Assembly: GCA_965218795.1 (NCBI GenBank)
Contig: OZ244653.1
Span: 448,001-512,000, forward strand
Origin: a bacterium
GTDB lineage: Bacteria; UBA8248; JACPRG01; G963555815
Reading direction: 5' to 3'
DNA: 64,000 bases
The stretch's first letter is position 1. The number at the start of each line of letters is the position of its first letter. Positions 10,478 through 21,297 of the stretch are shown in pieces. Under the pieces are notes generated by a model. That model had not been told where the DNA came from. It saw nothing but the letters and a program-made list of their open reading frames with translations, and searched no databases. The position numbers were made by a program, and so were the translations under genes.

Positions 10478-12148
10478 ATGACACCTGAACGGACGGGAAA
10501 AAGCTCTTCCACGGGATCTGACTGGTTCGAGCGTCTCGCTCTGGTTGGCGTGGGCCTCATCGGCGGCTCATTGGCCCGAGACCTTCGCGCGCTGGGCCGC
10601 GTGGGGGAGATCGTTGGATGCAGCCGCACAGTTGAAACTTTGACCAAGGCCCGAGGGCTTGGTGTCATCGACCGGGGCGAACATGACCCGGCAGCGGCTG
10701 TTGAGGGCGCAGATCTGATTGTCGTGGCCGTCCCGATGGGTGTGGCGGCCGAGGTGACGCGGAAGGTTCTCCCCCACTGTGCATCCGGCTCCCTTTTGAC
10801 CGACGTTGGAAGCGTCAAGGGCGCCTATGTGCGCGCTGTTGAGAATTGGGTCCCCGAGGGGGTCCTGTTTGTCGGGGGACATCCCATCGCAGGCACGGAA
10901 CACGCCGGCGTGGAAGCGTCCTTTGAGGGAATGTTTCGGAATGCCAAGTGCGTCTTGACGCCGACAGACCGGACATCCCCCGAAGCGGTCCGGTCCTGCC
11001 GGGCCATGTGGGAATGCGTCGGCGCTCGAGTGTATCAGATGGATCCGGATCGGCATGATGACATCCTCGGAGCGGTCAGCCATATCCCCCACATACTTGC
11101 CTACTCGGCCATGAACGCTTTGCCGGATGATGCCCTCAAAGGTTTCTCAGGCGGAGGGTTTCGTGATTTCTCTCGAATCGCCTCCTCCGATCCGGTCATG
11201 TGGCGCGATATATGCCTCTCGAACCGGGAGGCGATTCTTCGCTGGATTTCGCGCTATGAGGATGCCTTGGGAGAAATTCGGAACCTGATCTCCACAGGGG
11301 ACGGAGTCCGCCTTGAAAAGATCCTTCGTTTGGCTAAAAAGCGGCGAGACGCTCTTGTGGTTCCGGAAAGCGCTCCAGAGGTCGACCAGCTCCCGAAACT
11401 TAGACGGGGCGAGGGGGTTCGGGTCGCGCGGGCGAGGGGTTTTCACGAAATGGTTGGGAATGTAACCATCATAAGTGTCGATGGCCCTGCCGGGGCCGGG
11501 AAGAGCACGGCGAGTCGGGGTCTGGCTCAACGTCTGGGATTTCGCTATTTCGATACCGGTTCGGTTTATCGTGCCTTGGCGTGGCGGGCCCGGCATCAAG
11601 GGGTGGATTGGGGGGCCCCGGAAGAAGAACTCGCCGACCTGTGCCAAGACCTGCTCTTGAGGTTTGAGCGGGGGGATAGGAGCGTAGAGGATTGGCGAAT
11701 ACTGGTCAATGGAGAGGATTTGGCTCTGGAATTGAAGAGTGAGGAGATCGGCAGGGGGGCATCCATTGTTTCCGCTCGTCCGAAGGTTCGCGAGGCTCTT
11801 CTGGGACTCCAGCGAAGAGAAGCGAAACCTCCCGGGTTAGTCATGGAAGGCAGGGATGTGGGGACGGTCGTCTTTCCGGGGGCATCATTGAAGTTTTTCG
11901 TCACTGCAGATCCGAAGACGCGGGCCCAGCGGCGGTGGCTCGAAATGCAACGATTGGGACTGGAAGGAGACGTCGAATCGGTGGAAAACGAGATCAGGAC
12001 CCGGGATGAACGGGATCGAACCAGGAAAGTGGCCCCTCTGGTACCCGCAACGGATGCCGTGATCATCGAGACGACTCAAATGAATGTTGACGAAGTTGTT
12101 GAAAATATGGTAGATATAATTCTCCAGCATTTACCCGCTCGGTTTTGA
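10478..12148 (+). CDS. Prephenate/arogenate dehydrogenase - cytidylate kinase fusion (TyrA-Cmk)
   Basis: N-terminal GVGLIGGS, DVGSVK, GGHPIAGTE, SHIPH, GGGFRDFSRIA; C-terminal DGPAGAGKST, DTGSVYR, MEGRDVGTVVFP, RDERDRTR in one frame. Confidence 0.9.
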   Translation: MTPERTGKSSSTGSDWFERLALVGVGLIGGSLARDLRALGRVGEIVGCSRTVETLTKARGLGVIDRGEHDPAAAVEGADLIVVAVPMGVAAEVTRKVLPHCASGSLLTDVGSVKGAYVRAVENWVPEGVLFVGGHPIAGTEHAGVEASFEGMFRNAKCVLTPTDRTSPEAVRSCRAMWECVGARVYQMDPDRHDDILGAVSHIPHILAYSAMNALPDDALKGFSGGGFRDFSRIASSDPVMWRDICLSNREAILRWISRYEDALGEIRNLISTGDGVRLEKILRLAKKRRDALVVPESAPEVDQLPKLRRGEGVRVARARGFHEMVGNVTIISVDGPAGAGKSTASRGLAQRLGFRYFDTGSVYRALAWRARHQGVDWGAPEEELADLCQDLLLRFERGDRSVEDWRILVNGEDLALELKSEEIGRGASIVSARPKVREALLGLQRREAKPPGLVMEGRDVGTVVFPGASLKFFVTADPKTRAQRRWLEMQRLGLEGDVESVENEIRTRDERDRTRKVAPLVPATDAVIIETTQMNVDEVVENMVDIILQHLPARF

Positions 12149-12259
12149 GATGAGTCATGGGATATCCCGTGAGGGGGATTTTCTCGCCGGTGCCGGCTCC
12201 CCACAGGCACTGTTGCGAGTCAAAGCCGGGTAATCTTATCCCGGGGGAAGAGAGATGGT

Positions 12260-14359
12260 ATGGCTGAAGATTTAGAAAAGACGATGGTGGAGACTGTGGA
12301 GCAGGCAGGGCAAGAAGTGGTGGAGAAGAGTCCTTCTCCTGAAGAATCCTCGCCGCTCTCCGGTGATTCCGCTGAAGTGAGTAGTGAAGGAGGCGCGGTT
12401 GAAGCCGCCCCTTCGATAGCTTTGGTCATCCCGGACAATTTGGAATCGCTCGGCGAGGAAGCCATCACCAAGATCTATGAAGATTCTCTGGAAAGCATCA
12501 AGGAAGGGCAGGTCATCCGCGGTGTGGTCGTCTCCCTTGAGCGCGAGCACGTCGTTGTGGACATCGGGTACAAATCGGAGGGAGCCATCGCCCTGGATGA
12601 GTTTTCCAATCGAGGGCGAGACCTGAAAGTTGGAGAGGAAGTCGATGTCTTTCTTGAAACCAGGGAAGACAACGAGGGGCGGGTCGTCCTTTCCAAGGAG
12701 AAAGCGAACCGCATCAAAGTCTGGGACCAGATCAGCGATGCCTATGAGAAGGAGGAAACGGTCACGGGAACGGTCGTGGCCCGGATCAAGGGAGGTCTGA
12801 CAGTGGATGTGGGCGTCCGGGCATTTTTGCCGGGCTCCCAGGTGGACCTCCGCCCTGCACGCAGTCTGGACCAGTACATTGGGCAGTCCCTGGAAATGCG
12901 GATCATCAAGTTGAACCGCAATCGGGGCAACATTGTCCTCTCGCGCAGAGTGCTTCTGGAGGACGAACGGTCCATGCTGAAGGCGAAGACGCTGGAGACG
13001 TTGGAGGAAGGACAGGTTGTCGAGGGCGTGGTGAAGAACATCACCGATTATGGCGCTTTCATCGATCTGGGAGGCCTCGACGGACTTCTTCATATCACCG
13101 ATATGTCTTGGGGACGCGTCGGACATCCTTCCGAAATGTTCAAAATTGGAGACACGGCCAAGGTCGTGGTTCTAAAGTTCGATCGGGACCGTGAGCGAGT
13201 CAGCCTTGGCCATAAGCAGATTACACATGACCCGTGGGAAGATGTGGATATGAAGTACCCCGCGGGAACCCGTATCAACGGACGCGTGGTCAGCATAGCC
13301 GATTATGGCGCCTTCATCGAGTTGGAGGAGGGGGTCGAAGGCTTGGTGCACGTATCGGAAATGACTTGGTCCCGCCGCATGCGGCACCCCTCCAAGATTG
13401 TTTCCGTAGGTGATACGGTAGAGGCGGTTGTGTTGAATGTGGATAAGGAGAACAAGCGGATCTCCCTGGGGATGAAGCAAACCGAGGAAAATCCCTGGCT
13501 CAAGATCCAGGATAGTTATCCCGTTGGCGCGAGCGTAAAGGGCCGCGTTCGGAACATGACGGATTTCGGTGCTTTCCTGGCGTTGGATGAAGGTATCGAC
13601 GGGTTGATCCATATTTCCGATATGTCCTGGACACAACGGATCAAGCACCCGTCGGAGCTCCTGAAGAAGGGTCAGGAAGTCGAGGCGGTGGTGCTCAACA
13701 TCGATATCGAGAACGAGCGCCTTTCCCTGGGGTTGAAGCAGGCAGGGGAGAATCCCTGGGACAGGATTGAAGAGCATCACCAAGTCGGAGAAAACGTAGA
13801 GGCCGCCATTGTCAAGGTTGTCAATTTCGGTGCCTTTGCCGCCTTGGATGACGGGATGGAAGGCTTGATTCACGTATCCGAACTGGCCGAGGGAAAGGTG
13901 GAACGACCGGAAGACATCGTTGCTGTGGGAGAGAATTACTCGGTCAAGATCATCAAGATCGATCAGGAAGAGCGAAAGCTGGGCCTCAGCCTTCGGGCCT
14001 ATATCGAAGAGCACGGAGAGCCCGAGGAGTGGAAGGAACGCCGAGAGCGCCGACTGGAAGCCAGTGATCAGGCCGCAGAGGAGCCGAAGGGGCCGAAAAC
14101 GGATGGGGAATCCGCATCAGCAGCGGAGGATCCCGAGGCTGAACCCGAAGAGGCGCTCGAGGCGACAACTGGGTTGGATTCAGAAGGGACGGGCCCCGAA
14201 TCGGAAGAGGCTGGCACTGAGGATGTTTCCGCGGAAGAACATCCTTCGGAGGCTGAAGAGAGAGAGGGGGTTATCGAAGAAGGTGACAGTTCCTTTGAGC
14301 CCGGGGATGAAAGCGCCGGCCATCCGGCGGAGGGGTCGGAAGATAGAACGGAGGTTTAG
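12260..14359 (+). CDS. rpsA: 30S ribosomal protein S1 with long acidic tail
   Basis: Six S1 repeats (DIGYKSEG, AFLPGSQVD, DYGAFIDLGGLDGLLHITDMSW...). Confidence 0.97.
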   Translation: MAEDLEKTMVETVEQAGQEVVEKSPSPEESSPLSGDSAEVSSEGGAVEAAPSIALVIPDNLESLGEEAITKIYEDSLESIKEGQVIRGVVVSLEREHVVVDIGYKSEGAIALDEFSNRGRDLKVGEEVDVFLETREDNEGRVVLSKEKANRIKVWDQISDAYEKEETVTGTVVARIKGGLTVDVGVRAFLPGSQVDLRPARSLDQYIGQSLEMRIIKLNRNRGNIVLSRRVLLEDERSMLKAKTLETLEEGQVVEGVVKNITDYGAFIDLGGLDGLLHITDMSWGRVGHPSEMFKIGDTAKVVVLKFDRDRERVSLGHKQITHDPWEDVDMKYPAGTRINGRVVSIADYGAFIELEEGVEGLVHVSEMTWSRRMRHPSKIVSVGDTVEAVVLNVDKENKRISLGMKQTEENPWLKIQDSYPVGASVKGRVRNMTDFGAFLALDEGIDGLIHISDMSWTQRIKHPSELLKKGQEVEAVVLNIDIENERLSLGLKQAGENPWDRIEEHHQVGENVEAAIVKVVNFGAFAALDDGMEGLIHVSELAEGKVERPEDIVAVGENYSVKIIKIDQEERKLGLSLRAYIEEHGEPEEWKERRERRLEASDQAAEEPKGPKTDGESASAAEDPEAEPEEALEATTGLDSEGTGPESEEAGTEDVSAEEHPSEAEEREGVIEEGDSSFEPGDESAGHPAEGSEDRTEV

Positions 14360-14391
14360 TCCAAAGACCTTTTTCGGGAGTTGGACCTAGC

Positions 14392-15294
14392 GTGGAAGGC
14401 CAGATCGAGAAGAAAAGACCTCGACGTTGGGGCCGCCGGATGGTTTGGATCCTGGTCCTGCTCTTGTTGGGGGCGGGGTTGCTGAATTACATCGGCGGCA
14501 ATGCGGCCAACCTCCGAAAGAAAGATAAGGTCGCCCTGATTCGGATCGAGGGCCCCATCTTAAGCGGCAAAAACATTGTCCGCCTGATTGAAAAGTATCA
14601 AGAGAATCCTTCCATCCGGGCGTTGGTGGTGCAAGTGAATAGTCCGGGAGGAGGGGTCGCCGCCTCTCAGGAAATTTATCACGCGCTGCTTCGTTTTCGA
14701 GAGAGCGGAAAATCGGTGCTCTCCTCCATGGAGAGCGTCGCCGCTTCGGGTGGGTACTATGTGGCCCTGGCCTCCGACAAGATTTTCGCCAATGCAGGCA
14801 CAATCACCGGCAGCATCGGTGTGATTTTGCAAGTGGGAAACGTGGAAGGTTTATTGAAGAAGGTGGGCCTGAAGGTCGAGGTCGTGAAAAGCGGCGAGTA
14901 CAAGGACGTAGGTTCTCCCCTGCGGCCGTTGTCGGAGAAGGATCGAGAGATACTCGAGCAAGTCATCGATGATGCCTATGAGCAATTTGTTCAGGTCGTG
15001 GCAACGGGGAGAAAGCTGCCGATCAGTCGAGTCAAAGAGATTGCGGACGGCCGGATTTTCAGCGGGGAGCGCGCGAAACGGTTGGGATTGGTGGACGAGA
15101 TCGGGACATTGAGTGACTCCATTCGAGAGGCGGGAAAAATGGCCGGCATTCCGGGGCGTCCTCAAATTCAAGAAGAACGGCCCCTGAAGGGTTGGATCGA
15201 ACGATTGATCCGCGGAATGTGGCCTTCGGCATGGATGTCAGAGCAATTGCCCGTTAGGCGGGGGCTTCAATATCTCTGGACCTATCCGTCCTGA
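14392..15294 (+). CDS. sppA: Signal peptide peptidase SppA (S49)
   Basis: NSPGGG, AASGGYY, TGSIGV, KSGEYKD, ADGRIFSG. Confidence 0.95.
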   Translation: MEGQIEKKRPRRWGRRMVWILVLLLLGAGLLNYIGGNAANLRKKDKVALIRIEGPILSGKNIVRLIEKYQENPSIRALVVQVNSPGGGVAASQEIYHALLRFRESGKSVLSSMESVAASGGYYVALASDKIFANAGTITGSIGVILQVGNVEGLLKKVGLKVEVVKSGEYKDVGSPLRPLSEKDREILEQVIDDAYEQFVQVVATGRKLPISRVKEIADGRIFSGERAKRLGLVDEIGTLSDSIREAGKMAGIPGRPQIQEERPLKGWIERLIRGMWPSAWMSEQLPVRRGLQYLWTYPS

Positions 15295-15359
15295 AGGAGA
15301 GTGAAGGCTCCCGGAATGGAGCGGGGAACGCTGGCGCGGCGGTCGGGAGGTACGTGCGC

Positions 15360-15677
15360 ATGACAAAGGCGGAGTTGGTTGAGAAGGTCGCCGATCAGAT
15401 TGATCTGACGAAGAAAGAAACGGAGAGAATCGTCAATATCGTCTTTGGTTGTGTGGTGGATGCGCTTAGCCAAAGCGATAAGGTGGAGTTGAGGGGTTTT
15501 GGCAGCTTCCGCGTCCGAGACCTCGACCCGCGGGACGGCCGAAATCCAAAGACGGGGACGACGGTGAAAATTCCCGCAAAGAAGGTGCCGTTCTTCAAGG
15601 CAGGAAAAGATCTCCGTGAAATGGTCAACGTCGAATCGGAAACACTGTCCCACGAGACGGCCGGTATACCGCGTTGA
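15360..15677 (+). CDS. ihfB: Integration host factor beta / HU family
   Basis: MTKAELV, ELRGFGSF, GRNPKTG, PFFKAGKDLRE; position after rpsA-sppA. Confidence 0.85.
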   Translation: MTKAELVEKVADQIDLTKKETERIVNIVFGCVVDALSQSDKVELRGFGSFRVRDLDPRDGRNPKTGTTVKIPAKKVPFFKAGKDLREMVNVESETLSHETAGIPR

Positions 15678-16006
15678 GCAGGCGGCTGGCTTCAGCGGCG
15701 CGGAAGCTGCAGCGATTTTCGATCCTCTAACATTACTTCCGGCCTGAAAACCCGTACTCGATTGATCCAATCCCGAAGACCCAATGGATTTCCCTCCTCT
15801 CAAGCTGGTCGAGGTTGGGGCATGGCTAGGTGAAAGGCTCGATCTCGGGAGATGTTTGCGGCATGCAGGCTGCCAGTCGAGTTGTGAACGGTTCAGATAG
15901 CATTGACCGGTGCCCGTTGCATCCGGAAAGGCTCTTCCCCTTGTCAGCTTGGGATTCCACGAAGAATCGGCAGGTTATCCGGAGTGCATCCTGACGTTGA
16001 GGGACA

Positions 16007-16993
16007 ATGAATATCGACATGATGGATTCTTCCGAAATCCCGGTGGTTGCCATCCTGGGCGCGACGGCGTCCGGTAAGCATGCTGTGGCCCTTAGGCTGG
16101 CGGAGAAAATTCCGGTCGAGTTGGTTTCGGTCGATTCGATGAAGATTTACCGGGGCATGGATATTGGTACGGCCAAACCAACAAAAGAGCAACGTCGGCA
16201 ACTCCACCACCATATGCTGGATTTGACCGATCCGGACGAGCCTTACACGGCCGCCCGGTTTGGACGGGAGGCACGCGCCGTCATTCGAGGGATTGCCGGC
16301 CGGGAAAGAGTTCCTCTTCTCGTAGGCGGCAGCGGGATGTATCTGAGAGCGATATTCGGGTGGATTTTCCCCGGTCCGGAAGGAGACCCCGACATCCGTG
16401 AACGGCTTCAGGCCGAAGCTTCCGCTCAAGGAGTGGAAGCGCTGCATGCAAGACTGGTTGAGATTGATCCGGAGAAGGCAGAGATCATCCATCAGCGGGA
16501 TCTCAAGCGAATCGTCCGGGCCCTGGAAGTCTACGAGATGACGGGAATCACTCTCTCCCGTCACCACGCAGATCATTCACGAGACGCGCCTGCCTTTACC
16601 GAGCCCCTTCTTCTCTGCCTTCGATGGGAACGCGAGGCGCTTTATCAAAGGATCAACGACAGGGTGCGTTCCATGGTGGACGCCGGTTGGCTCCAGGAGG
16701 CGAACGCCCTCTGTCAGAGAAAATTTCCCCCGGACTTGCCCGCTCTCCGGGCACTTGGCTATGCAGACTTGTGGCGACACCTGCAGGGGGAGATCGGGCT
16801 GGAGGAAACCATCGAAGTCATCCAGAGAAAAACGAGGCAGTTCGCGAAACGGCAAATGCTCTGGTTCCGGGGGATGCCGGATGTTGATTGGATCGATGTC
16901 TCGGATGGGAGTCTGAGTGATGCTGTCGGGAGAACGGCGAAACGGATAGAAGCTTACTTGAGAAGGCATCATGGAGTCCTGCACCGGGTATAG
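16007..16993 (+). CDS. miaA: tRNA dimethylallyltransferase
   Basis: GATASGK, DSMKIYRGMDIGTAKP, VGGSGMY, TRQFAKRQ. Confidence 0.95.
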   Translation: MNIDMMDSSEIPVVAILGATASGKHAVALRLAEKIPVELVSVDSMKIYRGMDIGTAKPTKEQRRQLHHHMLDLTDPDEPYTAARFGREARAVIRGIAGRERVPLLVGGSGMYLRAIFGWIFPGPEGDPDIRERLQAEASAQGVEALHARLVEIDPEKAEIIHQRDLKRIVRALEVYEMTGITLSRHHADHSRDAPAFTEPLLLCLRWEREALYQRINDRVRSMVDAGWLQEANALCQRKFPPDLPALRALGYADLWRHLQGEIGLEETIEVIQRKTRQFAKRQMLWFRGMPDVDWIDVSDGSLSDAVGRTAKRIEAYLRRHHGVLHRV

Positions 16994-17600
16994 TGGTTCT
17001 TGGGAGACCGTGGAGGCGGATGAATTGCTCGTGATCCTGATCGGGTCCAAGGCGTGCGGCAAATCGACCGTCGGGTCGAAGCTTGCCCGGATGTTGGCGT
17101 TGCCGTTTGAGGATGCGGACGATGTGTTGGAGTCGGCCTACGCCGATCGGATTGGAGCGCGTCTGGGTTTCCGTGAGATCTATCGAAAGGAAGGCCCCGA
17201 AGCGTTCGCGACGCTTGAAGCGGAGGCGGTTGGGAGATGCCTGCGGGCGGGAGACCGGGTTGTGGCTCTCGGAGGCGGCGCGCCGGCGAGGATCGATCTG
17301 GATTCTCAGTTGGATGAAGGATCTCTGGTTGTCTATCTGACGGTGCCGGAAGACGTCCTGTGGGGGCGCATGATCCGGGATGGATTGCCGGCCTATCTGG
17401 ATCCCGGGAACCCGAGAGAGGATTTTCGAAGAAATCTAGGCGAGCGGATTCCTCTTTATGAACGCCTGGCCGATTTGAGAATCGACGCGAATCGGGATCC
17501 CGCGATGGTGGCCGAAGAGATCGCGGCCGAAGTCAACGTCATTCTTCAAGAGCGGAAAACGACGCCATCTCCTGACAAAAACCTTGGAGGCTCTTCTTGA
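16971..17600 (+). CDS. aroK: Shikimate kinase
   Basis: [29 protein letters not shown]. The true start may be slightly downstream. Confidence 0.85.
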   Translation: MESCTGYSGSWETVEADELLVILIGSKACGKSTVGSKLARMLALPFEDADDVLESAYADRIGARLGFREIYRKEGPEAFATLEAEAVGRCLRAGDRVVALGGGAPARIDLDSQLDEGSLVVYLTVPEDVLWGRMIRDGLPAYLDPGNPREDFRRNLGERIPLYERLADLRIDANRDPAMVAEEIAAEVNVILQERKTTPSPDKNLGGSS

Positions 17601-18703
17601 GCGGGAGCACGTTCGGCGAGAGATACCGGGTAACCACGTGGGGCGAGTCCCATGGGCGGGCATTAGGCGCCGTCGTAGATGGATGTCCGGCCGGTCTGGA
17701 ATTGTCCGATGCGGACATTCAGCCGGATCTCGATCACCGCCGTCCGGGGCAGAGCCGCGTCACAACGCAGCGAAAGGAGAGCGACCGGGTCGAGATTCTG
17801 TCCGGTCTGTTCGAAGGGAAAACCACGGGGACCCCCATCTCGCTCATGTTTCGAAACGAGGACGCCGATTCCTCCAAGTACGATGAAATCCGGGATCTCT
17901 TCAGGCCAGGCCATGCGGATTACACCTATCTTGCCAAATACGGACTGCGCGACCATCGGGGCGGGGGAAGGGCCAGCGCGCGGGAGACCGCCGCGCGGGT
18001 GGCTGCAGGCGCGATTGCGCGAAAGTATTTGGGCCTCCAGGGAATTCGGACCCTTGCGATGATCCGGCAAGTGGGGGGCATCCATTGGGAGCCGCCGGAG
18101 GACTCCGGCTCCATCGCGCGCGATGCCGTTTACGCGAGTATTGTCCGCTGCCCGGACGATGAGATTTCGGAGCGGATGATCGCGGCCATCAATGAAGCGC
18201 GCAAAGATGGCGATTCTGTCGGTGCGGTGGTGGAGGCCCGGGCCGTAGGGGTGCCTGCGGGATTGGGGGAGCCTGTGTTCGACAAGCTCGACGCGGACCT
18301 GGCGAAGGCCTTCATGAGCATTCATGCGGTCAAGGGGGTCGAGATCGGATCGGGATTCCGGGCCGCATCCATGCGGGGATCGGAACATAACGATGAGATG
18401 GTCGGAGCCGGTGATCGACCGGCGTTTCGATCCAATTGGTCGGGCGGGGTGCTGGGAGGCATCTCGTCGGGCCAGGAAATTGTGATCAGGCTCGCAGTGA
18501 AGCCCGCCTCATCGATTCTGAAGGAGCAGGAGACGGTGGACGTCGAGTTGAACCCGCGGACAATCCGCGTCGAGGGGCGCCACGACCCCTGCGTGGGCCC
18601 GCGCGCCGTTGTCGTCGCCGAGGCGAGTTTGTGTATCGTCCTCATGGATCATTGGCTTCGCCGGTTCGGGGAAAGGGGCGTATCAGGGGAGGAGACGGTC
18701 TGA
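17597..18703 (+). CDS. aroC: Chorismate synthase
   Basis: [36 protein letters not shown]. Confidence 0.97.
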   Translation: MSGSTFGERYRVTTWGESHGRALGAVVDGCPAGLELSDADIQPDLDHRRPGQSRVTTQRKESDRVEILSGLFEGKTTGTPISLMFRNEDADSSKYDEIRDLFRPGHADYTYLAKYGLRDHRGGGRASARETAARVAAGAIARKYLGLQGIRTLAMIRQVGGIHWEPPEDSGSIARDAVYASIVRCPDDEISERMIAAINEARKDGDSVGAVVEARAVGVPAGLGEPVFDKLDADLAKAFMSIHAVKGVEIGSGFRAASMRGSEHNDEMVGAGDRPAFRSNWSGGVLGGISSGQEIVIRLAVKPASSILKEQETVDVELNPRTIRVEGRHDPCVGPRAVVVAEASLCIVLMDHWLRRFGERGVSGEETV

Positions 18704-18704
18704 G

Positions 18705-19979
18705 ATGAAGCTCGAGGTCGAGAAATCAAACCTCATGGGAACGGTGGCCATCCCGCCCAGTAAGTCTCATACCATCCGCGCCGTTGCACTGGCCTCGCTG
18801 GCTGAGGGGATGTCTCAGATCCTCAATCCGCTGATGTCCGAGGATGCGCAGGCGGCAGTCCGCTTTTATGAATCCTTGGGCGCGAAGATTCACCTGGAAG
18901 AGGACCGGTGGCTGATCGAAGGGGCGGGCGACCGGCTGTCGGCGCCGGACAACGTGATCGACGTCGGCAACTCGGGGACCACGTGCCGAATCGGGATCGG
19001 CTCTGCCGCGCTCTGCCGGGGATATTCCGTCGTAACCGGGGACGCCCAGACGCGAAAACGCCCGATGGAACCTCTGTTGAACGCATTGAACGATTTGGGG
19101 GCTGAAGCTTTTTCTACGCGGGGGAACGGCTACCTTCCTGCAGTCGTCGGCGGCCGGCTCAAGGGCGGCGAGACCACCGTAGACGGATTTACTTCCCAGT
19201 TCCTGACCAGCTTGCTGATCAACTGTCCGCTGGCCGAGGGGGACAGCGTGATTCACGTGACCGACCTGCGGGAGCGCCCGTATGTGGACATGACGCTTCG
19301 CTGGCTGGAGAAGCAGGAAATTATGCCGCAGAACGAGAATTACGAATCGTTCCGGATCCAGGGCGGAAGGTCGTATCTTCCTTTCGCCGAGGTGGTGCCG
19401 GCGGATTTTTCCTCGGCAACGTTTTTTCTCTGCGCGGCTGCGATTACGAATTCCTGGATCATGCTTCACGGGCTGGATATGGACGACACACAGGGCGACA
19501 AGGAGGTGGTCAACTATCTGATCGATATGGGTGCGGATATCGACGTGACGCATAAGGGAATTCGAGTTCGAGGGGCGGACCTGCAGGGGCGGGAACTCGA
19601 CCTCAACAGTACGCCCGACGCCTTGCCCGCCATGGCGGTGGTCGGCTGTTTCGCATGGGGGGAGACGGTTCTCAAGAATGTCCCCCACGCACGTGTCAAA
19701 GAGACGGACCGGATTGCCGCCCTGGCTGAGAATCTTCGGCGCTTGGGAGCGGATATCGAAGAGCTGCCGGACGGGCTGGTCATCCGGCGAAGCGTTTTAC
19801 GCGGAACGGATGTCGACGGAGCGGGCGACCACCGTGTGATCATGGCCTTGGGCATCGCCGGCTTGCGGGCTCAGGGAAGAACCTCGATCCTGAACGCCGA
19901 TGCGATCAACGTCTCCTTTCCCACGTTCACCCATCTCATGAACGAGTTGGGCGCCAATATGCGCATGACTCGGGGGTAG
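18705..19979 (+). CDS. aroA: EPSP synthase
   Basis: PPSKSHTIR, GNSGTT, KRPM, SQFLTSLL, RVKETDR, DHRVIM; ATG 1 nt after the aroC stop. Confidence 0.95.
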   Translation: MKLEVEKSNLMGTVAIPPSKSHTIRAVALASLAEGMSQILNPLMSEDAQAAVRFYESLGAKIHLEEDRWLIEGAGDRLSAPDNVIDVGNSGTTCRIGIGSAALCRGYSVVTGDAQTRKRPMEPLLNALNDLGAEAFSTRGNGYLPAVVGGRLKGGETTVDGFTSQFLTSLLINCPLAEGDSVIHVTDLRERPYVDMTLRWLEKQEIMPQNENYESFRIQGGRSYLPFAEVVPADFSSATFFLCAAAITNSWIMLHGLDMDDTQGDKEVVNYLIDMGADIDVTHKGIRVRGADLQGRELDLNSTPDALPAMAVVGCFAWGETVLKNVPHARVKETDRIAALAENLRRLGADIEELPDGLVIRRSVLRGTDVDGAGDHRVIMALGIAGLRAQGRTSILNADAINVSFPTFTHLMNELGANMRMTRG

Positions 19980-20287
19980 GGCGGGCCCGAATCACTGATT
20001 TTTTCAGAGCAGCCCGTCAAAATCCGAATCCGGCAAGGGCTACGGCCAATCTTGTTGTCCACACAGAAGTGCTTTACGAGGAGAGCAATCTCGTGGATTC
20101 CTTTTTCAGCGTATCCAAGACGGCGAACTTCTCTCATGTGAAAGTACAGCCCGTCATCGGATTTGGCAGTCATCGAGGCCGCCGGTGCGATTGCTTCTTT
20201 CGGGAGCCGCTCCAGTTTTCGGTCTGGGAAAACGGCCTTGGCGCAAGTCCAGATGATGTTGTGTATCAGCTTCAGTCGGTTTGCGGA

Positions 20288-21007
20288 TCAACTTGTAACA
20301 GCAGGCACATGAATGTGAGCGGGAATCTCCCGAACATGCCGGACGATCAGATCGGGCCTGGCCCTCGAAAGCCGGTCTCCGCCGTTGTAGCTCATCGGCC
20401 AATCGACCGCGATCGTCCACACGCCGACCTTCTTGGCCTCCTCGATGTCCTTTTCCATGTGACCGACGTATCCGCATTGACCGACGGGGAGTTCGTTCTC
20501 GGAAAGGATATGCATGATGGCGTGGGCCTTTGTTCTCGAAATGTTGCCGGGATTGAACACGGTGCTCCATTCCCTCGCGGCCAGGAACCTGCCGAAGTCC
20601 GGAAAGAACCCGGCCAGCCCCAGCCGTTTGAGCTCCGACTGCACGAAGTCCCCCCCTTTTGATGTGACGATCGACGTGGATACGCCCATCCGATGGAGCT
20701 CCGCCAGGGATTCCAGGACCCCCTCACATAGTCTGCAGCGGGGCTCTCCTTTGGTCGCCTTGACGAGTTCCGCCCTCAGGGCCTCCCGGTCATAACCCGG
20801 CATGAAGTTCGGGATGATGAACTCATCGAGAGTCCCCTCCGCCACTTCCCGAAACTCATCAAAACTGATGGTATCCAGCTCGTGCAGGCAGAGTACCTTG
20901 TTCGTTATGGAAAATGCGACTTGGACATCATCATATAGAACTCCGGGGAAACTCAGGATCAGGTGTTTGATTGGGTATGGAGGATAGGGATTCACCTGAC
21001 CGTTCAT
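20288..21007 (-). CDS. HAD-superfamily protein with degenerate catalytic motifs
   Basis: HAD layout (IVTSK, K, YVGHMEKDIEEAKKVGV, PDLIV) but motif I reads LSFPGVL. Confidence 0.75.
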   Translation of the reverse strand: MNGQVNPYPPYPIKHLILSFPGVLYDDVQVAFSITNKVLCLHELDTISFDEFREVAEGTLDEFIIPNFMPGYDREALRAELVKATKGEPRCRLCEGVLESLAELHRMGVSTSIVTSKGGDFVQSELKRLGLAGFFPDFGRFLAAREWSTVFNPGNISRTKAHAIMHILSENELPVGQCGYVGHMEKDIEEAKKVGVWTIAVDWPMSYNGGDRLSRARPDLIVRHVREIPAHIHVPAVTS

Positions 21008-21297
21008 TGTTTCCTTCCTGCTTGGTTTACCGCCTGAAAAAGCCGACAAATTTCAAATTGATGATTTCAGGGTAGGCGCAAGCCCCATTGACTCAGAGAA
21101 TGACCGGCCTGCTTTCGCTGGGCGAGAATTTCCAGCCTTTGCTGCTGTCTGATATGATCCTCCGCGTATCCCGAGGCCGGAGTCCTTGATGCCAATCTGT
21201 TCTTTATAGGACGGCCCAATCGAGCACAGGGACATGATTATATATGGAAATGATTTCATAGGAGTTTGCGGGCTCGATTCGCGATCCGGAGGTTGGA

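Noticed and set aside
15678-16006. ncRNA between ihfB and miaA
   Set aside because: No recognisable RNA family motif or convincing structure by eye.
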